From NCBI GenBank assembly GCA_037441365.1, contig JBBISG010000003.1, positions 14,624 through 78,623 of the forward strand: DNA of 64,000 bases, in the 5' to 3' direction. This DNA comes from Nitrospirota bacterium. Its GTDB lineage: Bacteria; Nitrospirota; Thermodesulfovibrionia; Thermodesulfovibrionales; UBA9159. Below the pieces are notes generated by a model. The model did no database searches. It was not told the origin of the DNA and saw nothing but the letters and a program-made list of their open reading frames with translations. Below are positions 1-8,746 of this stretch, piece after piece. The translations under genes and the position numbers were made by a program. Every line of letters starts with the position of its first letter. Positions within the stretch are counted from its first letter, which is position 1.

Positions 1-82
1 TCTGATTGTATGGTTAGTTCTGCAGTTTGTTGTATTCCCCAGGCTGGGGATACCCACCTGAGGTGTTAACCCAAAGGGGTCG

Positions 83-101
83 GGGACCCCAAAAAAGAAG
101 T
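83..101. repeat. partial copy (one arm) of the GGCACCCCAAAAAGTC palindromic element
   Basis: ggggaccccaaaaaagaag matches one arm of the palindrome seen at 27271, 41000, 41354 and 42905; no second arm. Confidence 0.4.
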
Positions 102-109
102 GTTAAATC

Positions 110-1630
110 CTACTGATTTCGAATAAGTCCATATTTTGCGATCTTATAGCCTATCTGTCTTGTTGTAATACCGAGGAGTCTTGCAGCCCTTGCCTGTATC
201 CACCCGGTCTTATTGAGGGCATCGAGAATCCTCAATCTCTCTATCTCCTCGAGGGTAGACCTGAGTGGTCCGTTTTCTGGCAGGTCCTTTATATCCTGCA
301 TTATCATGGTTGCTGGAAGGTCAGATACCTTAACCTCATTTCCCTTTGACATGACAACAAGCCTCTCAATCGTGTTTTCGAGCTCACGGACATTGCCAGG
401 CCAGTGGTAGTCTAAAAGGGTCTTGAGGGCCTCTGGTGATATAGAGATATTCTTTCTGTTCTCTCTGTTAAACTGTCTGAGGAAGAACTCTATCAGGATG
501 GGTATATCCTCCTTCCTTTCTCTGAGGGGAGGGAGGAGGATAGGCACCACATTTAACCTGTAGTAAAGGTCTTCCCTGAACCTGCCCGCCCTCACAAGTT
601 CCTCAAGATTCCTGCTCGTTGCAGCGATGAGACGGATGTCCACCTTTATTGTCCTTTCGCCGCCAACACGCTCGAATTCCCTTTCCTGCAAGACGCGAAG
701 TATCTTGGGCTGGAGATTTATTGGAAGGTCGCCGATCTCATCGAGGAAGATGGTCCCTCTATCAGCGAGCTCAAATTTACCCTTTCGTGATGAGACCGCA
801 CCTGTGAAGGCGCCCTTCTCATGACCGAATAGCTCAGACTCGAGAAGACCCTCGGGTACCGATGCGCAGTTAAGCCGTATAAAAGGTTCCTTTGCCCTCT
901 GGCTCATGTAATGAATTGCCTTTGCTATGAGTTCCTTGCCTGTGCCACTCTCACCCCTCAGGAGGACTGTTGCCCTCGATGCCGAGACCCTGTGAACGGC
1001 CTCAAAGACCTCCTGCATCCTGTCAGACTGGCCTATCACGTTTTCTATCTTATAGCGACTCTTGAGCCTTCGCTTCAGCTCCTCGGCCTCCTCGATGAGA
1101 GCCTCTTTTTCGTGTTTGACCTCCAGGCTGAGCCTTATTGATTGGGCAATAAGGGATGCGATGATCTTGAGGAGTCTGAGGTCCTCCTCGAATGAGACAC
1201 GAGCCGAGCCGAATAGCCTGTCAACGCTCAATACACCGAGCACCTCGGACTTGAACTTTATAGGGACGCAGAGGAAGGCTATATTGTCTTTTTTTATCTC
1301 TTTGCGGGCACCGGTCTTATTGAGGAATAGCGGTTCATCACCAACATTAGGGATGACCATTGGAGAGCCGAGCTTTGCGACCCTTCCTATAATGCCCTCT
1401 CCAAGCTTATAGCGGCCCCTCTTGATTTCCTCCTCTGTAAGCCCATGGGCAACGGCTATCACGATCTCATCGTTTTCCTTGATCGCTACTGTTGCACGCT
1501 TCATGTCCATAAATTCAGACAGTATCTTCATGGCACTTTTGAGGTTTGCCTTGAGATTCAGGGAAGAACCCAGTATCTTGCTTATCTCATAAAGTGCCGA
1601 TATCTCGATCTTCTTGGAATCCTTGGCCAT
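110..1630 (-). CDS. sigma-54-dependent transcriptional activator, GAF - AAA+ - Fis-type HTH (NifA/NtrC-like bEBP)
   Basis: 506-aa ORF; Walker A GESGTGKE; sigma-54 contact motif GAFTGA; C-terminal HTH AARLLGITTRQIGYKIAKYGL; N-terminal GAF-like region. Confidence 0.9.
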   Translation of the reverse strand: MAKDSKKIEISALYEISKILGSSLNLKANLKSAMKILSEFMDMKRATVAIKENDEIVIAVAHGLTEEEIKRGRYKLGEGIIGRVAKLGSPMVIPNVGDEPLFLNKTGARKEIKKDNIAFLCVPIKFKSEVLGVLSVDRLFGSARVSFEEDLRLLKIIASLIAQSIRLSLEVKHEKEALIEEAEELKRRLKSRYKIENVIGQSDRMQEVFEAVHRVSASRATVLLRGESGTGKELIAKAIHYMSQRAKEPFIRLNCASVPEGLLESELFGHEKGAFTGAVSSRKGKFELADRGTIFLDEIGDLPINLQPKILRVLQEREFERVGGERTIKVDIRLIAATSRNLEELVRAGRFREDLYYRLNVVPILLPPLRERKEDIPILIEFFLRQFNRENRKNISISPEALKTLLDYHWPGNVRELENTIERLVVMSKGNEVKVSDLPATMIMQDIKDLPENGPLRSTLEEIERLRILDALNKTGWIQARAARLLGITTRQIGYKIAKYGLIRNQ

Positions 1631-1702
1631 AGTGTAATTTAATAGAACTGGGTGGGGAAAAGCAACTATCAGACAGCATCTTGCATATTATTTAACCATA
1701 TA

Positions 1703-1721
1703 GTGCCTGAAAACCAGGCAC
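1703..1721. promoter_or_regulatory. 7-bp inverted repeat GTGCCTG-aaaac-CAGGCAC in the divergent intergenic region (candidate activator site)
   Basis: perfect 7/7 inverted repeat read directly; about 50 nt upstream of the TGGCAT element at 1771. Confidence 0.3.
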
Positions 1722-1770
1722 AATTACAATTGGCTGACAGAAGAACCCTTATTTTCCAACATGCGGTTGC

Positions 1771-1786
1771 TGGCATGGTTATTGAT
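1771..1786 (+). promoter_or_regulatory. weak sigma-54-like -24/-12 element (TGGCAT-N5-TTGAT)
   Basis: GG-N10-GA instead of GG-N10-GC; lies 16 nt upstream of the GATase ATG; fits the nitrogen-assimilation context but the -12 is imperfect and the leader very short. Confidence 0.25.
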
Positions 1787-1801
1787 ATTTAATGATATAT
1801 C

Positions 1802-2491
1802 ATGTCTGTCCTGATACTCAAGAACATACCCTCTGAGGGGCCTGGAACGATAGGGGATTTCCTCTCCGAAAATCATATTCACTGGAGGGTTGTTGAGCTC
1901 GACAAGGAGGAGATACCTGACACCATGGACTTCGATACCCTTGTGATGCTGGGAGGTCCGATGAGCGTTAATGACGACATCTCATATATACGGACAGAGG
2001 AGGGGCTTGTCAGGGAATTCATCACTAAAGGCAGGAGGATACTCGGCATCTGTCTCGGTGCCCAGATAATGGCAAAAGCACTCGGCGCAAGGGTCTATGT
2101 CGGTCCTCAAAAGGAGATAGGCTGGTACGATATAGAGCTCACAGAGGATGGCATAAGGGACCCTCTGATGAAGACCCTCGCCACGCATCCCATGGTGGGT
2201 GAGTTCTGGAGAAGGTTCAAGGTGTTCCACTGGCATGGTGAGACCTTTGATATCCCTGAAGGTGGCGTGAGGATTGCCATGTCTGAGATATACCCGAATC
2301 AGGCATTCAGATATGGCAACAATGCCTATGCCTTTCAGTTTCACATAGAGGTCAGTAAGGGGATGATATACGAGTGGTTGCAGAATGAGCCTGTTGATAT
2401 GGCTGTGATAAGGAAACAGACAGAGGCATTGTACGAGGACTATCATGGCCGTGCAGTGAACTTTTATAAGGCATTCTTTTTAAAAGGCTAA
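1802..2491 (+). CDS. class-I glutamine amidotransferase (GuaA-like GATase1 domain protein)
   Basis: 229-aa ORF; GATase1 nucleophile-elbow context ILGICLGAQ and FQFHIE His/Glu region. Confidence 0.8.
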   Translation: MSVLILKNIPSEGPGTIGDFLSENHIHWRVVELDKEEIPDTMDFDTLVMLGGPMSVNDDISYIRTEEGLVREFITKGRRILGICLGAQIMAKALGARVYVGPQKEIGWYDIELTEDGIRDPLMKTLATHPMVGEFWRRFKVFHWHGETFDIPEGGVRIAMSEIYPNQAFRYGNNAYAFQFHIEVSKGMIYEWLQNEPVDMAVIRKQTEALYEDYHGRAVNFYKAFFLKG

Positions 2492-2553
2492 AGGCAAACT
2501 GGCACTTTTCGCCCTATGCCCTTTGCCTTAGCCATCTTTTAACAGGGAGGTGA

Positions 2554-2895
<342 letters not shown>

Positions 2896-2903
2896 GCATT
2901 TGA

Positions 2904-2983
2904 ATGGAGCGATGGAGTATTGGAGTAATGGGCAATATTAAAAACTGAAATCCCATCACTCCAGCACTCCAATACTCCAATAC
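2904..2983. repeat. octamer-word inverted array (ATGGAGCG ATGGAGTA TTGGAGTA ... CTCCAGCA CTCCAATA CTCCAATA) forming an imperfect long hairpin
   Basis: read directly in the glnB-glnA spacer; left and right arms are tandem 8-mers that are reverse complements of each other. Confidence 0.7.
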
Positions 2984-3014
2984 AACAAACCTAACATAAT
3001 TTTAAGGAGGGAAC

Positions 3015-4427
3015 ATGACACCTAAGGATGTAATCAAGATGGCACAGGAGAACAAGGCCCAGATGGTCGACTTCAAGTTCCTTGATTTTCCTGGCATCTG
3101 GCAGCACTTTTCAGTTCCGATCGATGAACTCAAGGAGGAGATATTCGAGGAAGGCCTTGGCTTTGACGGGTCATCCATAAGGGGATGGCAGGCAATCCAC
3201 ACATCTGATATGCTGATAATCCCTGACCCAGAAACGGCATTTATGGACCCATTCAGGGAATATCCAACCCTGAGCCTTATCTGCAACATAGTGGATCCGA
3301 TAACAAAGGAGTATTATTCGAGGGATCCTCGTTATATTGCACAGAAGGCTGAGAATTATATGAAGTCTGTAAAGATTGCTGATACCGCCTATTTTGGCCC
3401 CGAGCCAGAGTTCTTCATCCTCGATGATGTCAGGTTCGACCAGACTGCCAATAGCGGGTATTATTTTATTGATTCAAAAGAGGGCATATGGAACTCAGGC
3501 AGACAGGAGAATCCGAATCTCGGATACAAGCCGAGGCATAAGGAAGGTTATTTCCCGGTACCGCCAACGGACAGCCAGGAAGATATAAGGACAGAAACGG
3601 TTATCGAGATGCAGAAATGCGGCATATATGTTGAAAAGCAGCACCACGAGGTTGCAACAGCCGGTCAGGGAGAGATCGATATGAGATATGCCCCCCTTGT
3701 GAAGATGGCTGACCAGCTTATGATATTCAAATATATCATCAAGAATGTTGCGAGGAGGCATGGTAAGACAGCGACGTTCATGCCAAAGCCTATATTCGGG
3801 GATAACGGCTCTGGTATGCACACGCACCAGAGCCTCTGGAAGAATGGTAAGCCCCTGTTTGCAGGCAATGGCTATGCAGGCCTGAGTGAGCTTGCCCTAT
3901 ACTACATAGGTGGAATTCTCAAACACGCACCTGCCCTTGCTGCCATTACAAGTCCGACCACAAATTCCTACAAACGCCTCACCCCTGGATTTGAGGCGCC
4001 AGTGAATCTTGCTTATTCCGGCCGCAACCGCTCAGCCAGCATCAGGATTCCCATGTACTCTGCAAGCCCGAAGGCGAAGAGAATAGAGGTGAGATTTCCT
4101 GACCCGTCATGCAATCCCTATCTTGCATTTGCTGCGATGCTCATGGCAGGCCTGGACGGCATAGAGAACAAGATACACCCTGGCGAACCTCTCGATAAGG
4201 ACATCTATGAGCTTGGGCCTGAAGAGCTCGCTGCAGTGCCAAGTATGCCAGCAAGCCTTGAAGATGCACTTAATAACCTCGAGGCTGACAATGAGTTTCT
4301 CAGAAAGGGTGATGTCTTTACAGAGGATGCCATAGAGACATGGATTAACTATAAGAGGACGAAAGAGGTGGATGCCCTGAGGCTCAGGCCCCACCCATAT
4401 GAGTTCTTCCTGTATTTCGATATTTAG
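3015..4427 (+). CDS. glnA: glutamine synthetase type I
   Basis: 470 aa; GS-I motifs [40 protein letters not shown]; AAGGAGGG SD. Confidence 0.95.
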   Translation: MTPKDVIKMAQENKAQMVDFKFLDFPGIWQHFSVPIDELKEEIFEEGLGFDGSSIRGWQAIHTSDMLIIPDPETAFMDPFREYPTLSLICNIVDPITKEYYSRDPRYIAQKAENYMKSVKIADTAYFGPEPEFFILDDVRFDQTANSGYYFIDSKEGIWNSGRQENPNLGYKPRHKEGYFPVPPTDSQEDIRTETVIEMQKCGIYVEKQHHEVATAGQGEIDMRYAPLVKMADQLMIFKYIIKNVARRHGKTATFMPKPIFGDNGSGMHTHQSLWKNGKPLFAGNGYAGLSELALYYIGGILKHAPALAAITSPTTNSYKRLTPGFEAPVNLAYSGRNRSASIRIPMYSASPKAKRIEVRFPDPSCNPYLAFAAMLMAGLDGIENKIHPGEPLDKDIYELGPEELAAVPSMPASLEDALNNLEADNEFLRKGDVFTEDAIETWINYKRTKEVDALRLRPHPYEFFLYFDI

Positions 4428-4435
4428 ATGGAAAC

Positions 4436-4475
4436 GGATATAGGTCCTATAGGACTACTTATAAGACCTATATCC
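4436..4475. repeat. REP-like element copy 1 (GGATATAGGTCCTATAGGACTaCTTATAAGACCTATATCC)
   Basis: 11-bp terminal inverted repeat GGATATAGGTC/GACCTATATCC with nested palindromes; 9 nt after the glnA stop; 4 copies in the window. Confidence 0.8.
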
Positions 4476-4611
4476 TGACAATCTATTCGTCTCAAGTGTT
4501 ATAATAGTAAAGTGCTGATTTCTGCTACTACAGGGATGGCTGTTGCCTTTTATCCTGCCCCGAGGTGTAGCAGGATGGAACCCTATGAGGCCATAAGGAA
4601 AGGAGAATGAG

Positions 4612-5286
4612 ATGATAGAGGTCAGAAATGCGACAAAGAGGTATCGGGCAGGTGGTCAGGAGATTATTGCTGTCGATAATGTCTCTTTTAGATGTGAAAA
4701 GGGAGAATATATCTCTATTATAGGCCATTCAGGAAGTGGGAAGACGACATTCCTCAGTCTCATCGGAGGTTTGACAAGACCTGATGATGGAGATATAATG
4801 ATTGATGGAACGAGCATACTCTCTCTTGATGACGACAGGCTCTCTGAATTCAGGAATAAAAAGCTAAACTTTGTCTTCCAGTTTTCGAGCCTGATACCCA
4901 CACTTACTTCACTCGAAAATGTAATGCTCCCTGTCGTCTTCAGCCCTGCAAAGATAAATGGCAGGGTAGTGAAAGAAGAGGCAATAAGACTACTTGAGGC
5001 GATGGGTCTTGGTGATAAGATCAACTCCTATCCATCACAACTCTCAGGTGGACAGCAGAGAAGGGTAGCCATTGCAAGGGCATTCATAAATAACCCTGAG
5101 ATAATACTTGCTGACGAGCCCACAGGTGACCTCGATGAAGAGACAGAGGCGGATGTTATAGGATTCTTCAAGAGATTGAACGAGGACAAGGGGATCACCT
5201 TTATTGTCGTAACTCACAGCACCACGATAGCAAGTGAGGCAAAGAGGGTGCTGCGGATGCACAATGGAAGGCTCATAGGCAACTAA
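4612..5286 (+). CDS. ABC transporter ATP-binding protein (LolD/MacB/FtsE-like), no adjacent permease
   Basis: 224 aa; Walker A GHSGSGKTT, signature LSGGQQQR-like LSGGQQRRVAIARA, Walker B ILADEPTGDLD. Confidence 0.9.
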   Translation: MIEVRNATKRYRAGGQEIIAVDNVSFRCEKGEYISIIGHSGSGKTTFLSLIGGLTRPDDGDIMIDGTSILSLDDDRLSEFRNKKLNFVFQFSSLIPTLTSLENVMLPVVFSPAKINGRVVKEEAIRLLEAMGLGDKINSYPSQLSGGQQRRVAIARAFINNPEIILADEPTGDLDEETEADVIGFFKRLNEDKGITFIVVTHSTTIASEAKRVLRMHNGRLIGN

Positions 5287-5377
5287 TCAGAAGATGGCGC
5301 CCGGTACAGACTATCTGCTTTCTGTCATCTGGCGGGCCTGTCCTATCAGGCAGTTTTAGTCACTACCAGAATTTTTC

Positions 5378-5406
5378 TTGACAAAAATTCGAAAATAAGA
5401 TATAAT
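5378..5406 (+). promoter_or_regulatory. consensus sigma-70 promoter (TTGACA-17 nt-TATAAT) for the Rrf2 gene
   Basis: exact consensus hexamers with 17-nt spacer; -10 ends 11 nt before ATG 5418, implying a very short leader. Confidence 0.6.
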
Positions 5407-5417
5407 TACTCTTAATT

Positions 5418-5837
5418 ATGCAGATAACGCGAGAGGCCGACTATGCAATAAGGTGTGTGCTTCATCTCTCAGAATCTGAGGGTGAGATTGTTATGGTGAA
5501 TGAGATCGCAAAGGCAAGAAAGATACCGCGAAGCTTTCTTGCCAAGATACTCCAGAGACTTGCAAAGGCAGGGATTATTAAATCCTTCAGGGGTGTAAAT
5601 GGCGGTTACCAGCTTGCAAAGAGTCCTGAAAAGATCAATCTCCTTGATGTTATCGAGGCCATAGATGGGCCTGTTGCTATGAACAGGTGCGCTATAGACA
5701 GGAGGATGTGCAGTCTGAGTGATGAATGTGTTGTCCATCCTGTGTGGGTTGAACTCAGAAAAGAGACAGAAAGGCGTCTGAGGAAGATAGACTTCAGGCG
5801 TCTAATGGTGTTGCAGGTAGGGGTCGTGAAGGGATAA
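5418..5837 (+). CDS. Rrf2 family transcriptional regulator (IscR/NsrR-like, Cys-containing)
   Basis: 139 aa; MQITREADYAIRCVLHL start, wHTH, C-terminal Cys cluster C-x6-C-x5-C (NRCAIDRRMCSLSDEC). Confidence 0.9.
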   Translation: MQITREADYAIRCVLHLSESEGEIVMVNEIAKARKIPRSFLAKILQRLAKAGIIKSFRGVNGGYQLAKSPEKINLLDVIEAIDGPVAMNRCAIDRRMCSLSDECVVHPVWVELRKETERRLRKIDFRRLMVLQVGVVKG

Positions 5838-5866
5838 TCCATCTGTTACATAGATGTTTCATCATA

Positions 5867-5882
5867 TGTTTCATTTGAAACA
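5867..5882. promoter_or_regulatory. TGT-N10-ACA palindrome (TGTTTCAttTGAAACA), NifA-type UAS consensus
   Basis: perfect 7-bp inverted repeat; centre about 65 nt upstream of the -24 element at 5934. Confidence 0.4.
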
Positions 5883-5933
5883 AAGTCAGACAGGGGCAGG
5901 GGTAAGATTGCTGATATATCGTGCAGATATAAC

Positions 5934-5949
5934 TGGCATGAGTATTGCA
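5934..5949 (+). promoter_or_regulatory. sigma-54 promoter (TGGCAT-gagta-TTGCA)
   Basis: GG-N10-GC spacing exact; near-consensus TGGCAC-N5-TTGCA; upstream of the cox operon. Confidence 0.55.
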
Positions 5950-6018
5950 CTTTAATAAAAATATATTTTAAAGAGAAGAGAAGAGTTTTGTGATTAAAGA
6001 GGATAATTTAAGTCCTGA

Positions 6019-6051
6019 ATATAGGTCCTATAGGACTTATAAGACCTATAT
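6019..6051. repeat. REP-like element copy 2
   Basis: ATATAGGTCCTATAGGACTTATAAGACCTATAT between the sigma-54 promoter and coxIII. Confidence 0.8.
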
Positions 6052-6129
6052 AGGAAGTGAGGGAGTTTCTTATTTAGTTCCTATTTAACTATTTGTTTGT
6101 TAATTGACAAACCAAGGGAGGAGGATGAG

Positions 6130-6912
6130 ATGCAAGAGAAGGCTGTTTATCACGGAGTCGAACACCACGAGCCTGAGCTCAGCGCATGGCCCTTTGTGGT
6201 GGGGATGTCGGGATTGGTCGTAATGATCGGTTTTATGACCGCATTTCAGTGGAAGCTGCCGATCGCTGGTATGGTGCTTGGAGGGGCAGGTGTTGTGGGC
6301 ATATTGATCGGGCTGTTTGGTTGGGTCTCGGAGGTCTATGCAGGAAAGTTAGAGGAGGGATTAAGCAAGATAGCCGTATTGATATTTATCCTCTCAGAGG
6401 CAGCCCTGTTCGGAGGTTTGTTCGGAGGTTATCTCTATAACATGTTTCCTGCGCCTGTCTGGCCGCCTTCAAATACCCCTGCTGGTGTCCCGCCTGTGAG
6501 CGTTGCCCTTATACTGAGTGTTTTTCTTCTTTCATCAAGTGCCACGATACAGATGGCAGAGACGAAACTCGAAAGGGGTGAGATGGGCGGTTTTAAGGGA
6601 TGGCTCCTTTTTACCATGATACTCGGGGCCCTCTTCCTTGCAGGGCAGGCAAGTGAATGGTCTAAACTCATTGGCGAGGGCTTCACTGTCTCAACCAATG
6701 CCTATGGGACATTCTTTTACACCATAACAGGCTTTCACGGTTCACATGTCCTGGTCGGCATTATTCTCCAGTTCTTTATCCTTCTGTTAGCCATCAGGAA
6801 TAAGATAGGCATGAAGCGGCAGACGATAGTAAGGGCATGCGGCTACTACTGGCATTTTGTTGATGGTATATGGCTGCTTGTTCTTTCGCTGATCTACATA
6901 CTTCCGTCCTGA
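6130..6912 (+). CDS. heme-copper oxidase subunit III
   Basis: polytopic; C-terminal FHGSHVLVG and YWHFVDGIWL motifs typical of subunit III; ATG 6130 has a GGGAGGAGG SD (track start 6097 is TTG). Confidence 0.8.
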   Translation: MQEKAVYHGVEHHEPELSAWPFVVGMSGLVVMIGFMTAFQWKLPIAGMVLGGAGVVGILIGLFGWVSEVYAGKLEEGLSKIAVLIFILSEAALFGGLFGGYLYNMFPAPVWPPSNTPAGVPPVSVALILSVFLLSSSATIQMAETKLERGEMGGFKGWLLFTMILGALFLAGQASEWSKLIGEGFTVSTNAYGTFFYTITGFHGSHVLVGIILQFFILLLAIRNKIGMKRQTIVRACGYYWHFVDGIWLLVLSLIYILPS

Positions 6913-6922
6913 TGGAGAGGGG

Positions 6923-7753
6923 ATGCTTAAGTTTTTTACAATGGTTGTTTCCCTGGCATTATTCATCACCCCTCAGTCTTTCGCCAGGACGCAGTTCACA
7001 AAATCCGACTTCAACCCGGCGGTTATGAAGATCAAGGAGGACGACTATCTCGGCAAGACGGCGCCAGATATAAAGATGCTCGATGATACAGGCAGGGCAT
7101 TGACCCTCGGCAGCCTTACAAGCAGGCCCTTAATACTGCTGCTCATCTATTACAACTGCCCTAACATATGCCCCCTTCTTGGCGAGGGATTGGCGAATTC
7201 CCTCAATTATATTGGCGATCTCAAATTGGGCACTGATTACAATGTCCTTGTGCTCAGTTTTGATAGGGGTGACACCCCAGAGAAGGCAGCGGAGTTTCAT
7301 AGAAAACTCCAGAGGCAGGTAGGGCTGCAGGACATAGACAGGTGGGTCTTTGCAACCGCTGCGGAAGATGATATCAAGACCCTCACCGAGGCAGTGGGGT
7401 ATCGCTTCTTCTATTCGTCTGAGGATAACATGTTTGTCCATCCCAGTGTCTATATCTTTCTCTCTCCAGGCAGAAAGATAACGAGGTATATCTTCGGGAT
7501 AAAACCAGACCCATTCAGCATCAGGCTGGCGATCCTCGAATCAGTCAGGGGCGTTATAGGAAAGGTTCCGATATCGAGCTTAGCCACACTTGCCTGTTAC
7601 AGGTATGACGCTGAAAGCAGAGGGTATGTCTTGAATCTGCCATTTCTATTTGCATCGGTAGGGGTCGTCATGGCAGTCATGACGGCTATTTTGACTATTG
7701 TTGTTTACAGGAAAAGGAAGTGCTTAAAAACGGATCAAGGAGGTAAGATATGA
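6923..7753 (+). CDS. SCO1/SenC copper chaperone, membrane anchored
   Basis: 276 aa; signal/anchor; CxxxC motif YYNCPNICP; C-terminal TM. Confidence 0.8.
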   Translation: MLKFFTMVVSLALFITPQSFARTQFTKSDFNPAVMKIKEDDYLGKTAPDIKMLDDTGRALTLGSLTSRPLILLLIYYNCPNICPLLGEGLANSLNYIGDLKLGTDYNVLVLSFDRGDTPEKAAEFHRKLQRQVGLQDIDRWVFATAAEDDIKTLTEAVGYRFFYSSEDNMFVHPSVYIFLSPGRKITRYIFGIKPDPFSIRLAILESVRGVIGKVPISSLATLACYRYDAESRGYVLNLPFLFASVGVVMAVMTAILTIVVYRKRKCLKTDQGGKI

Positions 7754-8727
7754 AAAAGGGTTTCTGGATTCTTGTTTCTGTGGTATTGCTCTTCTGCCTG
7801 TTTTCTCTTGCTATTGCTGGAGATAGAGCGGTCGATCCTGCTAAAAGCTGGGACAACCACTACAATCTATATTTCATACTTGTTGCAGGCATCTGGCTTT
7901 TAGTGACCGTTCTCCTCGTATACTTCAGCCTCAGATACAGGAGGAAAAAGGGGCAGGGAGACGGCGCCTACATCCCGGGTAATACCCTTCTTGAGATAAT
8001 CTGGACGGTAGTGCCGCTCATTATAGTTACCCTTCTTGGTGTCCAGACATGGGCGGTGTATAAAGAATACCGGCATGTTCCGAAGGATGCCTATGAGGTC
8101 AATGTTGAGGGGTTCATGTGGGGATGGAATGTGACATATCCTGAAGGGATCAAGACTATCAATGAATTGAGGGTTCCTGCTGGCAGACCCGTAAAAGTCA
8201 ATCTCACAAGTAAAGATGTTCTTCACGCCTTTTTTATACCGGAATATCGTGTGCAGGAAGAGGCTATCCCTGAAAGGACAACCTTCTTCTGGTTCAAACC
8301 TTCAAGGGCCGGGGAATATAGGGCATACTGCACAGAATTCTGCGGCAATGGCCATTCCCTCATGCTCGCGAAGGTTGTAGCAATGGAAAAAGACGGCTTT
8401 GATGCGTGGGTCGCCCAGCAAAAAGGCGCTGTGGCGAAGCTTTTACCTGTAGATAGAGGGAAGAAGCTTGTAGAGGACCTCGGTTGCCTTGGCTGTCACA
8501 CACTCACAGGCGAGAAGTCAGCAGGCCCGTCATTGAAAGGTGTGTATGGAAGGGAGACTATGCTTGCTGACGGCAGAAAGGTTGTGGCGGATGATGAATA
8601 TATAGAACATGCGCTGGAGACACCCAATAGAGATGTTGTTAAGGGGTATACCCCGACAATGCCGCCCTATAAATTGCCCATTGAAGATGAGCATGCAATA
8701 GTTGAATATCTAAAGACCTTAAAATAA
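7750..8727 (+). CDS. cytochrome c oxidase subunit II with C-terminal cytochrome c domain
   Basis: CuA motif HAFFIPE...CTEFCGNGHSLM; heme-c CLGCH; 2 N-terminal TMs. Confidence 0.9.
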   Translation: MKKGFWILVSVVLLFCLFSLAIAGDRAVDPAKSWDNHYNLYFILVAGIWLLVTVLLVYFSLRYRRKKGQGDGAYIPGNTLLEIIWTVVPLIIVTLLGVQTWAVYKEYRHVPKDAYEVNVEGFMWGWNVTYPEGIKTINELRVPAGRPVKVNLTSKDVLHAFFIPEYRVQEEAIPERTTFFWFKPSRAGEYRAYCTEFCGNGHSLMLAKVVAMEKDGFDAWVAQQKGAVAKLLPVDRGKKLVEDLGCLGCHTLTGEKSAGPSLKGVYGRETMLADGRKVVADDEYIEHALETPNRDVVKGYTPTMPPYKLPIEDEHAIVEYLKTLK

Positions 8728-8746
8728 AAAGGAGGAGGTAATATCA

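Noticed and set aside
2500-2515. Sigma-54 promoter TGGCAC upstream of glnB
   Set aside because: The GC dinucleotide is 8 rather than 10 nt from GG, and there is no TTGC. The TGGCAC sits in the loop of an AAGGCAAA/TTTGCCTT hairpin.
4528-4728. 66-aa minus-strand ORF in the glnA-ABC spacer
   Set aside because: It overlaps the ABC ATPase start, has no SD and no motifs, and shows atypical composition.
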